DNA from: Promethearchaeota archaeon
Lineage (GTDB): Archaea > Asgardarchaeota > Lokiarchaeia > Sigyniarchaeales > SOKP01
Direction: 5' to 3'
DNA: 64,000 bases
NCBI GenBank assembly: GCA_016839705.1
Contig: JAEOTR010000014.1
Span: 32,001-96,000, forward strand
Shown: piece by piece, positions 20,663-31,018 of the stretch
Numbering within the stretch: the stretch's first letter is position 1
How the letters are laid out: each line of letters starts with the position of its first letter
Notes under the pieces: generated by a model
Told to the model about the DNA's origin: nothing
Database searches by the model: none
The model's input: only the letters and a program-made list of their open reading frames with translations
Position numbers and translations under genes: made by a program

Positions 20663-21439
20663 TTGAAAAATAATATGCGGAAATTAGATTATGATCAAAT
20701 AATTTCTGAAATTCAGGAATGGATAAAGAATTATTGTAAGTCTTTTAATGTTGATGGAATTGTTGTTGGGATAAGTGGAGGCATTGATAGTGCTGTGACC
20801 TCAACTTTATGCGTAAATGCAATAGGAAAAGATTTCGTAATAGGTTTAGGTTTACCTTGTTTATCAAATCCAAAAGATTTGAGTGATGCTAAATTGTTAG
20901 GGACCCAGCTAGGGATAGAATTTATAGTTTTTGATCTGTCATCTGTTTATGAAGAATTTATAAAAATTACTACCAATGTTATTGAATCCAATAACCTCGC
21001 AGCAGCAAATTTGAAAGCTCGATTAAGGATGGTAGCATGGTATTTTGCGGCACAATCCAAAGGAAATTATTTAATTGGAGGTACAGGGAACAGAACTGAA
21101 TTAGCGATTGGGTATTTTACAAAATATGGAGATGGTGGTGTTGACATTGAACCTCTTGGAGGATTATATAAATGCGAAGTAAGAGAAATAGCAAGAAGGT
21201 TAAAAGTACCCGAGAATATCATTAAAAAACCACCTTCAGCAGGGTTATGGGAAGGTCAAACAGATGAAGGTGAAATCGGTATAAAATATGATGATATCGA
21301 TGAAATACTTTATAGAATTGATTATAATTTAGACTTAAGCGATTTAAATAAGAGTGAAGTACAAAAAGTTAAAAAAATGATGTCATTATCGCAACACAAA
21401 TTAAAAATGCCTCCGACATATGAAATTTATAAAAACTAA
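20663..21439 (+). CDS. nadE: NH3-dependent NAD+ synthetase
   Basis: SGGIDS PP-loop, NLKARLRM, GYFTKYGDG, KPPSAGLWEGQTDE. Confidence 0.95.
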   Translation: MKNNMRKLDYDQIISEIQEWIKNYCKSFNVDGIVVGISGGIDSAVTSTLCVNAIGKDFVIGLGLPCLSNPKDLSDAKLLGTQLGIEFIVFDLSSVYEEFIKITTNVIESNNLAAANLKARLRMVAWYFAAQSKGNYLIGGTGNRTELAIGYFTKYGDGGVDIEPLGGLYKCEVREIARRLKVPENIIKKPPSAGLWEGQTDEGEIGIKYDDIDEILYRIDYNLDLSDLNKSEVQKVKKMMSLSQHKLKMPPTYEIYKN

Positions 21440-21545
21440 TGTGAAAAAATAAAATCTTCCCAAAATGATAATTATGATTAAAACTTATTAGTCAATAAAT
21501 TTCTAAATTTATTAAGGGCTATGAGTAATAAGGATTAAGTAAGTT

Positions 21546-23090
21546 TTACAAACTTGCAATTAATCGTCTAATTCTGTTAATTCGAGAAGTTATTCCCTCT
21601 TGACTCTTCTTAAGATCTTCACTACGGTTTTTATATTCAAGATCGGAAATCGATCCTCCATTAAAACTTCTTTCTAGCTCTTTAAATGTTTTTTCTAATG
21701 AGTAGCGCCTCCCTTCAAGGGCAATCAATTCCTGATATAATGAATCTTTATCTTCAGGTAATTCATCAATATATTCTGATGTATATTCTTCAGCAGCATT
21801 AGTTTCTAGCTTGATAGAATCAAATCCAACAAATGCTGTAGTATCATCTTCCTTCTTTTTCTTTTTAACCTCTTTTTTCTTCGTTTCTTTTGAGGGTTCT
21901 AAACTAGGAAATTCCGGTTTAGGAATCAATTTCTCAGCTCGTCTGTCTCCAACTGCAGAGAATACATCAAATAATTCTGTTCCAATTGATTTTATAGGGT
22001 CATTCTCAATTTCTTCCACACTAACAGATGAAATTTTTGGTGTTTGAGCAAGAAATGGTTCTGGTTTTTCCTTTTCGATAGAATCTTGAATAAGAAAGGG
22101 CGCTGATTTTTTTTGCTCTACCGGTTCTTCTTCGATGAGTGAAACTTCAGTTGAAATAATCGGTTTCTTTGGTAAAAGAGTCCTTTCCTCTATAGCTTTT
22201 GGTTCCCCCTCTATATATTCCGCTTCTTGTTCATCTAAAATATCTAAAATTGATGTGGATTCTATTGGGGCATCCTCTTTAATTTTTGGCTTAGGTCTAA
22301 TTGGAATTGGTTTTAATTCTTCAAGATTATTTAAATCACTTTGAGAAGAAGGGGGTGGTGGAGGTGGGGTAAGGGGTGAAGTTTGAATGGGTTTTAATTT
22401 TTCAATTTCTTCTTTAATTTTGAATTGAACTGCTTCAATCGATTTAACTCCTATTTTTCCCTTAGGTTTTTCTGCGTCTGTTTCAATCTTCCCTAAAATA
22501 TGAGGTGGTTTTTCAGACTCCTTAATGACAGGGATTCTAATCTTAGGTGGTGGAAGAATTGCATTCTTCTTAGGAGTAATTTTGATTACTTTTTTCTGAG
22601 TAACCTTTTTAATTTTTTCATCTTTCTCATCAATTTCATGCTTTAAAAAATCAATCTTTTGCTTAAGGTTGTCTATTTCACCTTTAAATTTATCTGAGAC
22701 TTGTTCTACAATCTCTTCAATATCGATTTGGGCTGAACTTGATTCAAGTTCAGCTTCTCTTATTGATAATTCCTCGGCGTTCTCTTTGACCTCAACCTCA
22801 GCTAAATCATCGGTTAAGGTTATTATTTTTTTTATTAAATCTGGTATCTCTGATTCTGTAAACCATAAATCAAGGGTATCCCAATTTTCTAGACTAGTTA
22901 GAGCATCCTCAAATAAGCCTATATTAGAACTGACTTGATAAGAATCTACATTTTTTAAATTTTGAATTATTTCAATAAGACTTGCACGTGCTTCTATTTC
23001 ATCATCAGGAGTAGGTTCCCCCTGAATTAAGAACACATAAATATCTTTAATCTCTTGTATTATAGATTTAAACTTTTCTTCTTCGCTCAT
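21546..23090 (-). CDS. Coiled-coil protein with a long Pro/Glu/Lys-rich disordered linker
   Basis: Helical N-domain, coiled coil, PPPPPP run, C-terminal helical hairpin. Confidence 0.75.
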   Translation of the reverse strand: MSEEEKFKSIIQEIKDIYVFLIQGEPTPDDEIEARASLIEIIQNLKNVDSYQVSSNIGLFEDALTSLENWDTLDLWFTESEIPDLIKKIITLTDDLAEVEVKENAEELSIREAELESSSAQIDIEEIVEQVSDKFKGEIDNLKQKIDFLKHEIDEKDEKIKKVTQKKVIKITPKKNAILPPPKIRIPVIKESEKPPHILGKIETDAEKPKGKIGVKSIEAVQFKIKEEIEKLKPIQTSPLTPPPPPPSSQSDLNNLEELKPIPIRPKPKIKEDAPIESTSILDILDEQEAEYIEGEPKAIEERTLLPKKPIISTEVSLIEEEPVEQKKSAPFLIQDSIEKEKPEPFLAQTPKISSVSVEEIENDPIKSIGTELFDVFSAVGDRRAEKLIPKPEFPSLEPSKETKKKEVKKKKKEDDTTAFVGFDSIKLETNAAEEYTSEYIDELPEDKDSLYQELIALEGRRYSLEKTFKELERSFNGGSISDLEYKNRSEDLKKSQEGITSRINRIRRLIASL

Positions 23091-23283
23091 AAAGGATTAC
23101 TTGAATTTTTTTTATTAATTTTCAGCTAAATATTTCTTTTTAAATATTTAAAAACTTTTCGCCAATATATTTTTTTGTGAAGTTTAAATTGATTATTATT
23201 TATGAAAATGTTTGAATTTATCTCTAAAAATAAAATTAATTCCAAAAAGATCAAAAATCTGATCCTTTATCGGAGTCATGAGT

Positions 23284-23475
23284 TTAGGTTATAAATCGAT
23301 TCCGAAATTCATTGATCAATATAGAAAACTTTTCTGTATCGTATTGAAAAAAATTTAATACTAACTCTTTCGTCATGTGATTATGATATAATTTCAAACC
23401 AGTAGATTTTGCAAGTTTTTGACCCACTGTCATTTTTCCTACAGCAGGAGGACCAAAGATAATCTTACATTTCAA
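23284..23475 (-). pseudogene. Remnant of a P-loop (shikimate kinase-like/AAA) protein
   Basis: GPPAVGKMTVG...LYHNHMT N-terminus stops after 63 aa, too short for the fold. Confidence 0.65.
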
Positions 23476-24818
23476 ATTTTCTGTTCCACCTCAGTAAAAG
23501 CGGAATCGAGTATTTGTATTGCTCTTTCAGTTTGGTCTTGGGTAAGCTCGAGTGGTGGTTGAATTCTTATTACATTTCCGTCAATTCCTCCTTTACCTAT
23601 CAACAATCCATTTTGTTTGCAGATTTCCATAACTTGAAGCATTTCCCGAGTAGCAGGTTCCTTTGTAATTTGATCACGAACGAGTTCTATTCCTAACATC
23701 ATGCCCTGTCCGCGAATATCACCGACAAGTTTATGATCTGCTTTAAGAGTTATAAGTTGTTTCTTTATTATTGCACCAAGTTTTGCAGCTTTACTTAGAT
23801 ACTGTTCTTCTTGGATTATTTCGATAACCGCTACTGCTGCCGCACATGATAAGGGATTACCACCAAAGGTTGTAAAAGTATCTGTTGTAGTATATTCTGC
23901 CGCATATTCTGGGCGTGTCAAAAACCCTCCAATTGGAATACCGCTTCCAAAACCTTTAGCGATTGTAATGACATCTGGAATTACATCTGATTGTTGAATA
24001 CCCCACCAACGATCCCCAGTACGACCAAAACCTGTTTGAACCTCATCTGCAATGAAGAGACCGCCAAATTCTTTTACAATTTCATAGGTGATCCTGAAAA
24101 ATTCTGGAGGGGGTTGAACAATGCCACCAACTCCTTGAATCGGCTCAACTATAAATGCAGCAATGGCCTTATTAGTCTGAGTTCGGATAACTTCACGAAG
24201 ATACCGAGCACACTCATAATCACAATCGGGATATTCCTTTCCAAAAGAACACCGATAACAGTATCCATAGGGTGTAAAACGAACTCCAGGAGGGTGAGAT
24301 TCAGGTACCGTACGCCAACCTGCACTCGAGATCTCTCGGGCTAATTGAGTACGTCCATGATAGGCATGAGTACAAGCTACAATATAAGGATTATTTCGAT
24401 ATTTCCGTGCCATAAATAATGCTGATTCATTAGCTTCCGACCCACTATTTAGAATAAAAGCCTGTGATAAGTCAGAAGGCGCAATTTGAGCCAATTTCTG
24501 TGAAAGTACAGCATACGGAATAGTAGAATAGAGCGTACTTGAATAAATAAGATGCTCTGCTTGCCATTTAAGGGTAGCGAGAAATTTAGGATGGTTATAC
24601 CCTGTAATTTTGGTGCAGATACCTGAAAACAAATCAATATACTGCTTCCCTAAATCATCTTCAACCATTGCACCTTTGCCCCCAACAATAAGGATTGGAT
24701 CTTCAAAATAGTGAGTCACCGCGGGGATAATATGTTTTTGCTCGATAGCAAGGATCTCTTTACTAGTATATGATTTTCGAAGATCCTTGGGTACAATTGT
24801 ATCATCCATTAAATTCAC
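23472..24818 (-). CDS. Class III PLP aminotransferase (AGXT2/beta-alanine-type)
   Basis: NSGSEANE, YHGRT, EPIQGVGG, FIADEVQTGFGRTG, PDVITIAKG, TFGGNP. Confidence 0.92.
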   Translation of the reverse strand: MNLMDDTIVPKDLRKSYTSKEILAIEQKHIIPAVTHYFEDPILIVGGKGAMVEDDLGKQYIDLFSGICTKITGYNHPKFLATLKWQAEHLIYSSTLYSTIPYAVLSQKLAQIAPSDLSQAFILNSGSEANESALFMARKYRNNPYIVACTHAYHGRTQLAREISSAGWRTVPESHPPGVRFTPYGYCYRCSFGKEYPDCDYECARYLREVIRTQTNKAIAAFIVEPIQGVGGIVQPPPEFFRITYEIVKEFGGLFIADEVQTGFGRTGDRWWGIQQSDVIPDVITIAKGFGSGIPIGGFLTRPEYAAEYTTTDTFTTFGGNPLSCAAAVAVIEIIQEEQYLSKAAKLGAIIKKQLITLKADHKLVGDIRGQGMMLGIELVRDQITKEPATREMLQVMEICKQNGLLIGKGGIDGNVIRIQPPLELTQDQTERAIQILDSAFTEVEQKI

Positions 24819-24933
24819 TTTAGTATTGTTAATTGTTATTTAATTATCAAAACATGATTATTATTGAAAAAGAAGTGGAAAAAACTTATAAATATTTAAT
24901 TATTTTCCAATTTTATTTTTTACAATTACTGTT

Positions 24934-26442
24934 TTGACTAGAGAGAAATATTTTGATTTAAACATGAATGTTTTAAAAAATTATATTAATGGAAAATTTG
25001 TAGACTCAGAAAGTAATAGATTCATTGAATTTATGAATCCTGCTTTAGATGAGCCACTCGGTAAAGTCCCAATGTCTACAAAAGAAGAAGTGAATTCAGT
25101 AGTTAAAGCTGCTAAAGAAGCTTTTCATGATTGGAGAAGAGTACCTGGGATTCAAAGAATTCAACCATTTTTTAAATTATTAAGCTTAATTAAAGATAAT
25201 CTTGATGAGATCGCTGAATCTGTAGTATTAAACCATGGGAAAGAATGGAATGCCGCAGTAGGAGAAGTTATACGTGCTTATCAGATGATTGAAGCTTCAT
25301 TCGCTGTACCTGAATATCAAAAAGGGCAATACATGCCCAACATTGCAACGGGGATTGATGAATATTCGATACTTGAACCTTTAGGTGTTTTTATAATGAT
25401 TCCTCCCTTCAATTTTCCTGCGATGATTCCCTTCTGGTTTTGGCCATTCGCAGTTGCTGCTGGAAACACTTACATCATAAAATCAAATGAACAAACCCCT
25501 TTAGCGTTTCAAAATATATTCAAATACATTGATAAAGCTGGTTTTCCACCAGGAATTATTAATTTCATTCATGGTGATGTAGAAATTGCTATTCAACTAA
25601 TTGAGCATCCTGATGTCGTAGGGGTATCAAGCGTTGGTTCAACTCCTGTAGCTCAGGCAATTTATAAAAAAACGAGTAGCTTATGTAAACGAGCACAATG
25701 CCATGGAGGTGCCAATAACTTCTTAGTTATTACAGAAAAAGCGAATATTGAAAAAATTATGCCAAACATAATGAATTCAGTTTTTGGTAACTCTGGGCAA
25801 AGATGTTTATCAGGAGCAGTGTTAATGGCTGTGGGAAAGGAGTCGTTCTATGATAATTTTAAAGAGCAACTTCTTAAAGCAACCAATGAACTAAAAATTG
25901 GTTATGGCATGGATAAAGAAACATTCATGGGTCCCGTTGTCTCAAAAAAATCACTTGACAAACTCCATGAACAAATACAAAACGGAATTGATGAGGGCGC
26001 AGAATTAATTTTTGACGGTCGAGGAGTAAAAGTACCAGAATATGAAAAAGGGTATTTCTTAGGTCCCTGCTTCTTTGAAAAGGCTAAGCCTGGCATGAAA
26101 ATTTATGATGAAGAAGTATTTGGACCCGTCGCTTGTCTTGATCGTGTAGACACCTTAAAAGATGCAGTAAACATTATCAATCAAAATCCTAAAGGTAATG
26201 CTGTGACAATTTATACTGAAAGCGGAGAAGAAGCTCGTTTTTTCCGGGATGAGATTAATAATATTCAACTTGGTATAAATATTGGGGTGGTAGCGCCCCT
26301 TGCGTGGTTTCCATTTGCAGGAGCAAAAGATTCATTTTTTGGTACCCTTCACGCTCAAGGGTATGAATCTTTGAAATTTTTTACTCAAGAACGTGTAATA
26401 ATCGAAAGATTTCATGGAAGCACAAAGATTGAATGGGATTAA
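24934..26442 (+). CDS. mmsA: CoA-acylating (methyl)malonate-semialdehyde dehydrogenase
   Basis: PFNFPAMIP, VGSTPVA, GGANN, catalytic GQRC, EEVFGPV, GINIGVVAP...FFGTLHAQG. Confidence 0.85.
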   Translation: MTREKYFDLNMNVLKNYINGKFVDSESNRFIEFMNPALDEPLGKVPMSTKEEVNSVVKAAKEAFHDWRRVPGIQRIQPFFKLLSLIKDNLDEIAESVVLNHGKEWNAAVGEVIRAYQMIEASFAVPEYQKGQYMPNIATGIDEYSILEPLGVFIMIPPFNFPAMIPFWFWPFAVAAGNTYIIKSNEQTPLAFQNIFKYIDKAGFPPGIINFIHGDVEIAIQLIEHPDVVGVSSVGSTPVAQAIYKKTSSLCKRAQCHGGANNFLVITEKANIEKIMPNIMNSVFGNSGQRCLSGAVLMAVGKESFYDNFKEQLLKATNELKIGYGMDKETFMGPVVSKKSLDKLHEQIQNGIDEGAELIFDGRGVKVPEYEKGYFLGPCFFEKAKPGMKIYDEEVFGPVACLDRVDTLKDAVNIINQNPKGNAVTIYTESGEEARFFRDEINNIQLGINIGVVAPLAWFPFAGAKDSFFGTLHAQGYESLKFFTQERVIIERFHGSTKIEWD

Positions 26443-26471
26443 TTTTTATATTTAAAAATAACTATAATTAG

Positions 26472-27776
26472 TTGAGGAATATGGAAAAAAGGGAAGACAT
26501 TAAATATGAAACAGCCTTCACGATGGCCACTTCCAGTATCAAATTTGGCCCGGGTGTGACATGTGAAGTCGGGTATGATATGAAAAAACTTGGGGCAACT
26601 CGAGTAATGGTTGTCACAGATCCAAACTTGACTAATAGTGAACCTGTGTCGGTAACTCTTGAAGCCCTACAAAAGGAAAATATAGAAACGATTTTGTATG
26701 ATCGAGCGCGAGTTGAACCTACCGATAATTCCTTCAAAGATGCTATTAAATTTGCGACTAAGGGTAAATTCGATGGGTTCATCGGTGTGGGGGGAGGATC
26801 AAGTATGGATACTGCTAAGGTAGCAAACTTGTATTCGACTTATCCTAAAGATTTTTTAGCTTATGTTAATGCCCCGATTGGTCAAGGAATTCCTGTTCCA
26901 GGACCATTGAAACCGATGATAGCCATTCCAACAACAGCAGGCACGGGCAGTGAAACTACTGGGGTAGCAATTTTCGATTTAGTAAAAATGCATGCAAAAA
27001 CAGGTATTGCCCATCGTTCATTAAGACCTATTATGGGGATTATAGATCCAAACAATACTAGAACGGTACCTAAAATCGCTACTGCTTCTTGTGGTTTTGA
27101 CGTTCTTTGTCACGCATTGGAATCAATAACGGCCATCCCATATAATAAGCGCCCTACTCCTGAAAGTTTAGATTTACGGCCAGCTTACCAAGGAGCAAAC
27201 CCAATTAGCCATCTTTGGGCATCTAAGGCAATTGAAATGGTTTCAAAAAACATTGTGCGTGTAGTTCAAGATCCTTCTGATGATACGGCACGTGCAGAAA
27301 TGATCCTTGCTTCCACATTTGCAGGCATAGGTTTTGGTAATGCTGGGGTTCATTTAGTTCATGGAATGTCTTATCCCGTGTCAGGTATGGTCCGAGAATA
27401 CTTACCTGAAGGCATTAAATCAGAACATCCAATAATTCCACACGGTATGGCTGTAGTTCTTCCATCACCTGCAGTGTTTAGGTTTACTGCCCAAACAGAT
27501 CCGGAATTACATCTATACGCGGCACAATTAATGGGAGTTGATTTATCGAATGTTGATAAAAAGGATGCGGGAGAAATTCTTGCAACTGAAATAATAAAAC
27601 TAATGAAAGCCACCGGAATGCCCAACGGTCTTAAAGCGGTCGGTTTTACCGAGAGTGATATAGAAGAACTGGTTCAAGGAACCCTACCTCAGCACCGTGT
27701 AACAAAGTTATCTCCCCGACCCGCAAGTGCAGAGGATCTTAGGAAACTATTTTCTGAATCAATGACATTATGGTAA
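26472..27776 (+). CDS. Hydroxyacid-oxoacid transhydrogenase (ADHFE1/HOT-like Fe-ADH)
   Basis: GGGSSMDTAK, YVNAPIGQG, PTTAGTGSETTG, RPAYQGANP, GNAGVHLVHGMSYPVSG, PHG; HOT-specific motifs. Confidence 0.92.
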   Translation: MRNMEKREDIKYETAFTMATSSIKFGPGVTCEVGYDMKKLGATRVMVVTDPNLTNSEPVSVTLEALQKENIETILYDRARVEPTDNSFKDAIKFATKGKFDGFIGVGGGSSMDTAKVANLYSTYPKDFLAYVNAPIGQGIPVPGPLKPMIAIPTTAGTGSETTGVAIFDLVKMHAKTGIAHRSLRPIMGIIDPNNTRTVPKIATASCGFDVLCHALESITAIPYNKRPTPESLDLRPAYQGANPISHLWASKAIEMVSKNIVRVVQDPSDDTARAEMILASTFAGIGFGNAGVHLVHGMSYPVSGMVREYLPEGIKSEHPIIPHGMAVVLPSPAVFRFTAQTDPELHLYAAQLMGVDLSNVDKKDAGEILATEIIKLMKATGMPNGLKAVGFTESDIEELVQGTLPQHRVTKLSPRPASAEDLRKLFSESMTLW

Positions 27777-27819
27777 GATCACATATTTTGAAAAGATTTT
27801 TTTTTGTTTGTTTTTCTTT

Positions 27820-28473
27820 TTATTGTCTATTTGAAAATACAAGGCAATAACTATGATCATAACCAAAGGATTCTCTATCTCTAGGACCTTCCCACCCAAT
27901 AATTACTTCACCTTCGAAACGCATTATGTCCGAGATTGTTTTCCCTATATCCCAAGCTAACGTAGTTAATCCCTCTGTTTTGAGATTTGAAACCATAACT
28001 GTGATGTATGAATGTGGTTTTAAAAATGTTTTAAGATCTGTGAAAATTTTTTGCACGTCATTTAGGTATTTTGTGTAATTACCTTCCGTTTTATATCCAT
28101 TCAGCGGATTTCTAGTTTCATTTTTTGACATGAATATTGGAGAAGTAAAAACAAAATCTATAGGAGGGAGATTGTAATCGAGTAACTTTCGAGTATCCCC
28201 GTGAATCATGTTTTCTTTATTTTTAATTATAGAAGTGACATAGTTACAGCGATCCTCAAGATATTCAATACCATAAGGCACACGGTTTAATTTTTCTGCT
28301 AGGATTAAGGTAGTTCCCAATCCCGCAAATATATCCAGTACAGTATCGCCAGGTTTCGTAAATTCTTTGATAAAATATTCAACAACTTCTTCGGGTGAAC
28401 GGTTATCATACTCCTTGAATTTTTCAGGGATTTCTAATCGATGCTCTCTTTTACAAATAATAAATGTTCGCAA
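27820..28473 (-). CDS. Small N4/N6 methylase-like (TRM11-like) methyltransferase
   Basis: FTKPGDTVLDIFAGLGTT (motif I); motif IV degenerate (FTSPIF instead of SPPY/F). Confidence 0.75.
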   Translation of the reverse strand: MRTFIICKREHRLEIPEKFKEYDNRSPEEVVEYFIKEFTKPGDTVLDIFAGLGTTLILAEKLNRVPYGIEYLEDRCNYVTSIIKNKENMIHGDTRKLLDYNLPPIDFVFTSPIFMSKNETRNPLNGYKTEGNYTKYLNDVQKIFTDLKTFLKPHSYITVMVSNLKTEGLTTLAWDIGKTISDIMRFEGEVIIGWEGPRDRESFGYDHSYCLVFSNRQ

Positions 28474-28604
28474 TCAAATCATCACTCTTAATTTAATTAA
28501 ATATTCTTTTTGAGAAAATTTATTACTATTCTTTATCTTTTATTTTTAAAAAAGGCATTTGGTTATTAATGTTAAATTATTCTAAATAGGAATTAATGGT
28601 TTAG

Positions 28605-30005
28605 ATGAGTAAAGATCTTGCAATCCCTAGAAATCAAGTAGAAAGATTACTCAACATCTACAAATTAGATGAGGGGCAAAAGAACTTAATTTTTCAAGAA
28701 TTCACTAAATTTAAGCCCCAAACATCAATTAGACAATTCATTAAAGATCTCTCTAAAAGAATTGAGCTTCCAGAAGATTTACTTCAAAATTTTTTTTGGT
28801 TTTCATTTGATACTTATGAAGTTTTCTTAGAGAGTGGTGAACCTTTCAATAAATTCTTTAATAATCTAATAAAATCTCCGATTGAGAATGATCTTCCAGA
28901 TTTAGCAAAGGAAATTAATAATTTTACTGATTTAAGAAACTTCTTCTCAAGAATGATTAAAATAGTAGATTTTGAGTATTATAAGGTTTTCTCTTTAGAA
29001 GGCATCAATCAGATTAATATCGGTTTTTCTAACATTGTTAGCTTATATCTTTTCACCGTAAGAGATAATATTGTTCTTATTGATGCAGGTTATTCGACGA
29101 AATACTGGCAAAATGCTTTTCATAAAGCCTTAAACGATCTGCAGATCAACCTTAAAGAGATTGATTACTGTATTATTACGCATGAACATCCCGACCATAC
29201 AGGTCTAGTAACAGAACTAAAAAGAGCAAATCCAGATGTAAAAATCTGTATCCACAAAATTGCCCATGAGCTAGCTAAATTAAGAAAGGAATTGAGTGAA
29301 AATTCTAACTTGGAAGAAAAAATCAGGGAAAGAAGACAATTACTCATTAGTTACGGTCTCAAGAGGGAAGAAGTTGATTTAATGATGCAAAGATTTGGAA
29401 CAGGGGGGATGAGATTTGAATACAATGAACCAGATTTATTACTTAATAATAATGATAGAATCGTAGATGGTGAACTTCAAATTATACATTCTCCAGGTCA
29501 TTCCGTTGGGCATATATGTATATATTATCCTAAAAAAGGCATTTTATTCTCTGGAGACCATATATTAAGCAAGATTACTCCACACTTGGGCACTCTGGTA
29601 ATTCCGGGTGCTGAAGAGTTTAACAAAAAAAACAACTATGAAAACATCTTAGAACATTATCTAAGATCTCTGGATATAATCGATGAGCTGAATTCAAGAA
29701 TAATTTTACCCGGTCACGAGCAGATCATCTACGATCCCCATGAAAGAATAACCGCAATTAAAAATCATCACCAAAATCGACTTTATGAGATATCTAAAAT
29801 AATTGAAAATAATCCATTGACACCCCTACAGATTGCTCTTCATCACTTCGGTGAGGATTTAGACCAGATGAATAAGATGCTTGCAATTAGTGAAACTTTA
29901 GTTCATTTGGATTACTTAGAATTCCAAAATAAGGTACACAAAACAAAAAAAAACGGATTACTTCTCTATTGGTCTGAAAATCTTTGGGAAAAAATTGAAT
30001 TTTAG
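28605..30005 (+). CDS. MBL-fold metallo-hydrolase with N-terminal helical extension and C-terminal winged helix
   Basis: LIDAG, THEHPDH, PGHSVGH, FSGDH, PGH; C-terminal ETLVHLDYL. Confidence 0.88.
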   Translation: MSKDLAIPRNQVERLLNIYKLDEGQKNLIFQEFTKFKPQTSIRQFIKDLSKRIELPEDLLQNFFWFSFDTYEVFLESGEPFNKFFNNLIKSPIENDLPDLAKEINNFTDLRNFFSRMIKIVDFEYYKVFSLEGINQINIGFSNIVSLYLFTVRDNIVLIDAGYSTKYWQNAFHKALNDLQINLKEIDYCIITHEHPDHTGLVTELKRANPDVKICIHKIAHELAKLRKELSENSNLEEKIRERRQLLISYGLKREEVDLMMQRFGTGGMRFEYNEPDLLLNNNDRIVDGELQIIHSPGHSVGHICIYYPKKGILFSGDHILSKITPHLGTLVIPGAEEFNKKNNYENILEHYLRSLDIIDELNSRIILPGHEQIIYDPHERITAIKNHHQNRLYEISKIIENNPLTPLQIALHHFGEDLDQMNKMLAISETLVHLDYLEFQNKVHKTKKNGLLLYWSENLWEKIEF

Positions 30006-30136
30006 TTTAGATTTGTTCTTTTACAATTAAGAACCATTATAAGAAATTTAAAAGGTTAAAATCATTTAGTCTAGCTAACGGTTAACTTAGCATTTGAAGA
30101 GTAACTTTAAAAAAAAAAACAAATTAATGAGATATT

Positions 30137-30973
30137 ATGACAGTAAAAACAAATTTTATAGATGTAGAAGAACCAGGTGTAGCAGTAATTACTGGTGCGA
30201 GTTCAGGAATAGGACAATCATTCGCACGAATCTTAAGTTCTCAAGGTTTTGATTTAGTTATTACTGCTCGAAGAAAAAACAGGTTGGAAGCTCTAGCTTC
30301 AGAATTGAAGCAAAAAGATGGTATCACTGTTGAGATTATGACAGGTGATCTTTCCCAACCTGAGTTTATGGATCAAGTTGCTTCATATATCGAAACAATC
30401 GAAAATCTTGATGTATTGGTTAACAATGCGGGATTCGGAACCCTTGAAAATTATATTAGCAAAGAGTCCAACATCAGCGCTTTTATGACGATGCTCAATC
30501 TTCACTGTGGTGCCATAGTTCGCTTAATGCATGCTGGATTGAAAGTGATGCGAAAAAATGAAAGAGGAGTAATTTTCAACATCTCTTCCATAGCATCACT
30601 AACATTACACGGTTCGCGAGAACCAATGTATCATGCAACAAAAGCATTTGTTTCAGCTTTCACAGAGATGGTTCAACTCAAATTAAACTTCATTAAATCA
30701 AAAGTGAAGCTTAAAAGTATTTGTCCGGGGAATACTCATACGGAAATCTTTGGCCCCGCAGCTATCGCTACACCTGGAAGGTTTGGTGGCCCGATGTCCC
30801 CTGAAGAAGTAGTAAACATTGCGTTAAATTCGTATAAAAATAAAGATATCATTGTAATTACAGGAGACCATAATATAGATGAAGTAATGGAATGGCGTGA
30901 GGCAGCGTATAATAAACCAGGCAGATACTTTTCAAAAGAGTTCACAAAATCAGGACTGTATAAAAAACTATAA
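30137..30973 (+). CDS. Short-chain dehydrogenase/reductase
   Basis: TGASSGIG, VNNAG, YHATK, CPG.T.T. Confidence 0.92.
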   Translation: MTVKTNFIDVEEPGVAVITGASSGIGQSFARILSSQGFDLVITARRKNRLEALASELKQKDGITVEIMTGDLSQPEFMDQVASYIETIENLDVLVNNAGFGTLENYISKESNISAFMTMLNLHCGAIVRLMHAGLKVMRKNERGVIFNISSIASLTLHGSREPMYHATKAFVSAFTEMVQLKLNFIKSKVKLKSICPGNTHTEIFGPAAIATPGRFGGPMSPEEVVNIALNSYKNKDIIVITGDHNIDEVMEWREAAYNKPGRYFSKEFTKSGLYKKL

Positions 30974-31018
30974 TTCAACTATTTTACATTTTATAATTTT
31001 AAAATATTTTCCGAATGA

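Noticed and set aside
30066-30090. TTAG-N5-CTAA and TAAC-G-GTTA palindromes upstream of the SDR gene
   Set aside because: Short, with spacing different from the zupT box; cannot be distinguished from chance.
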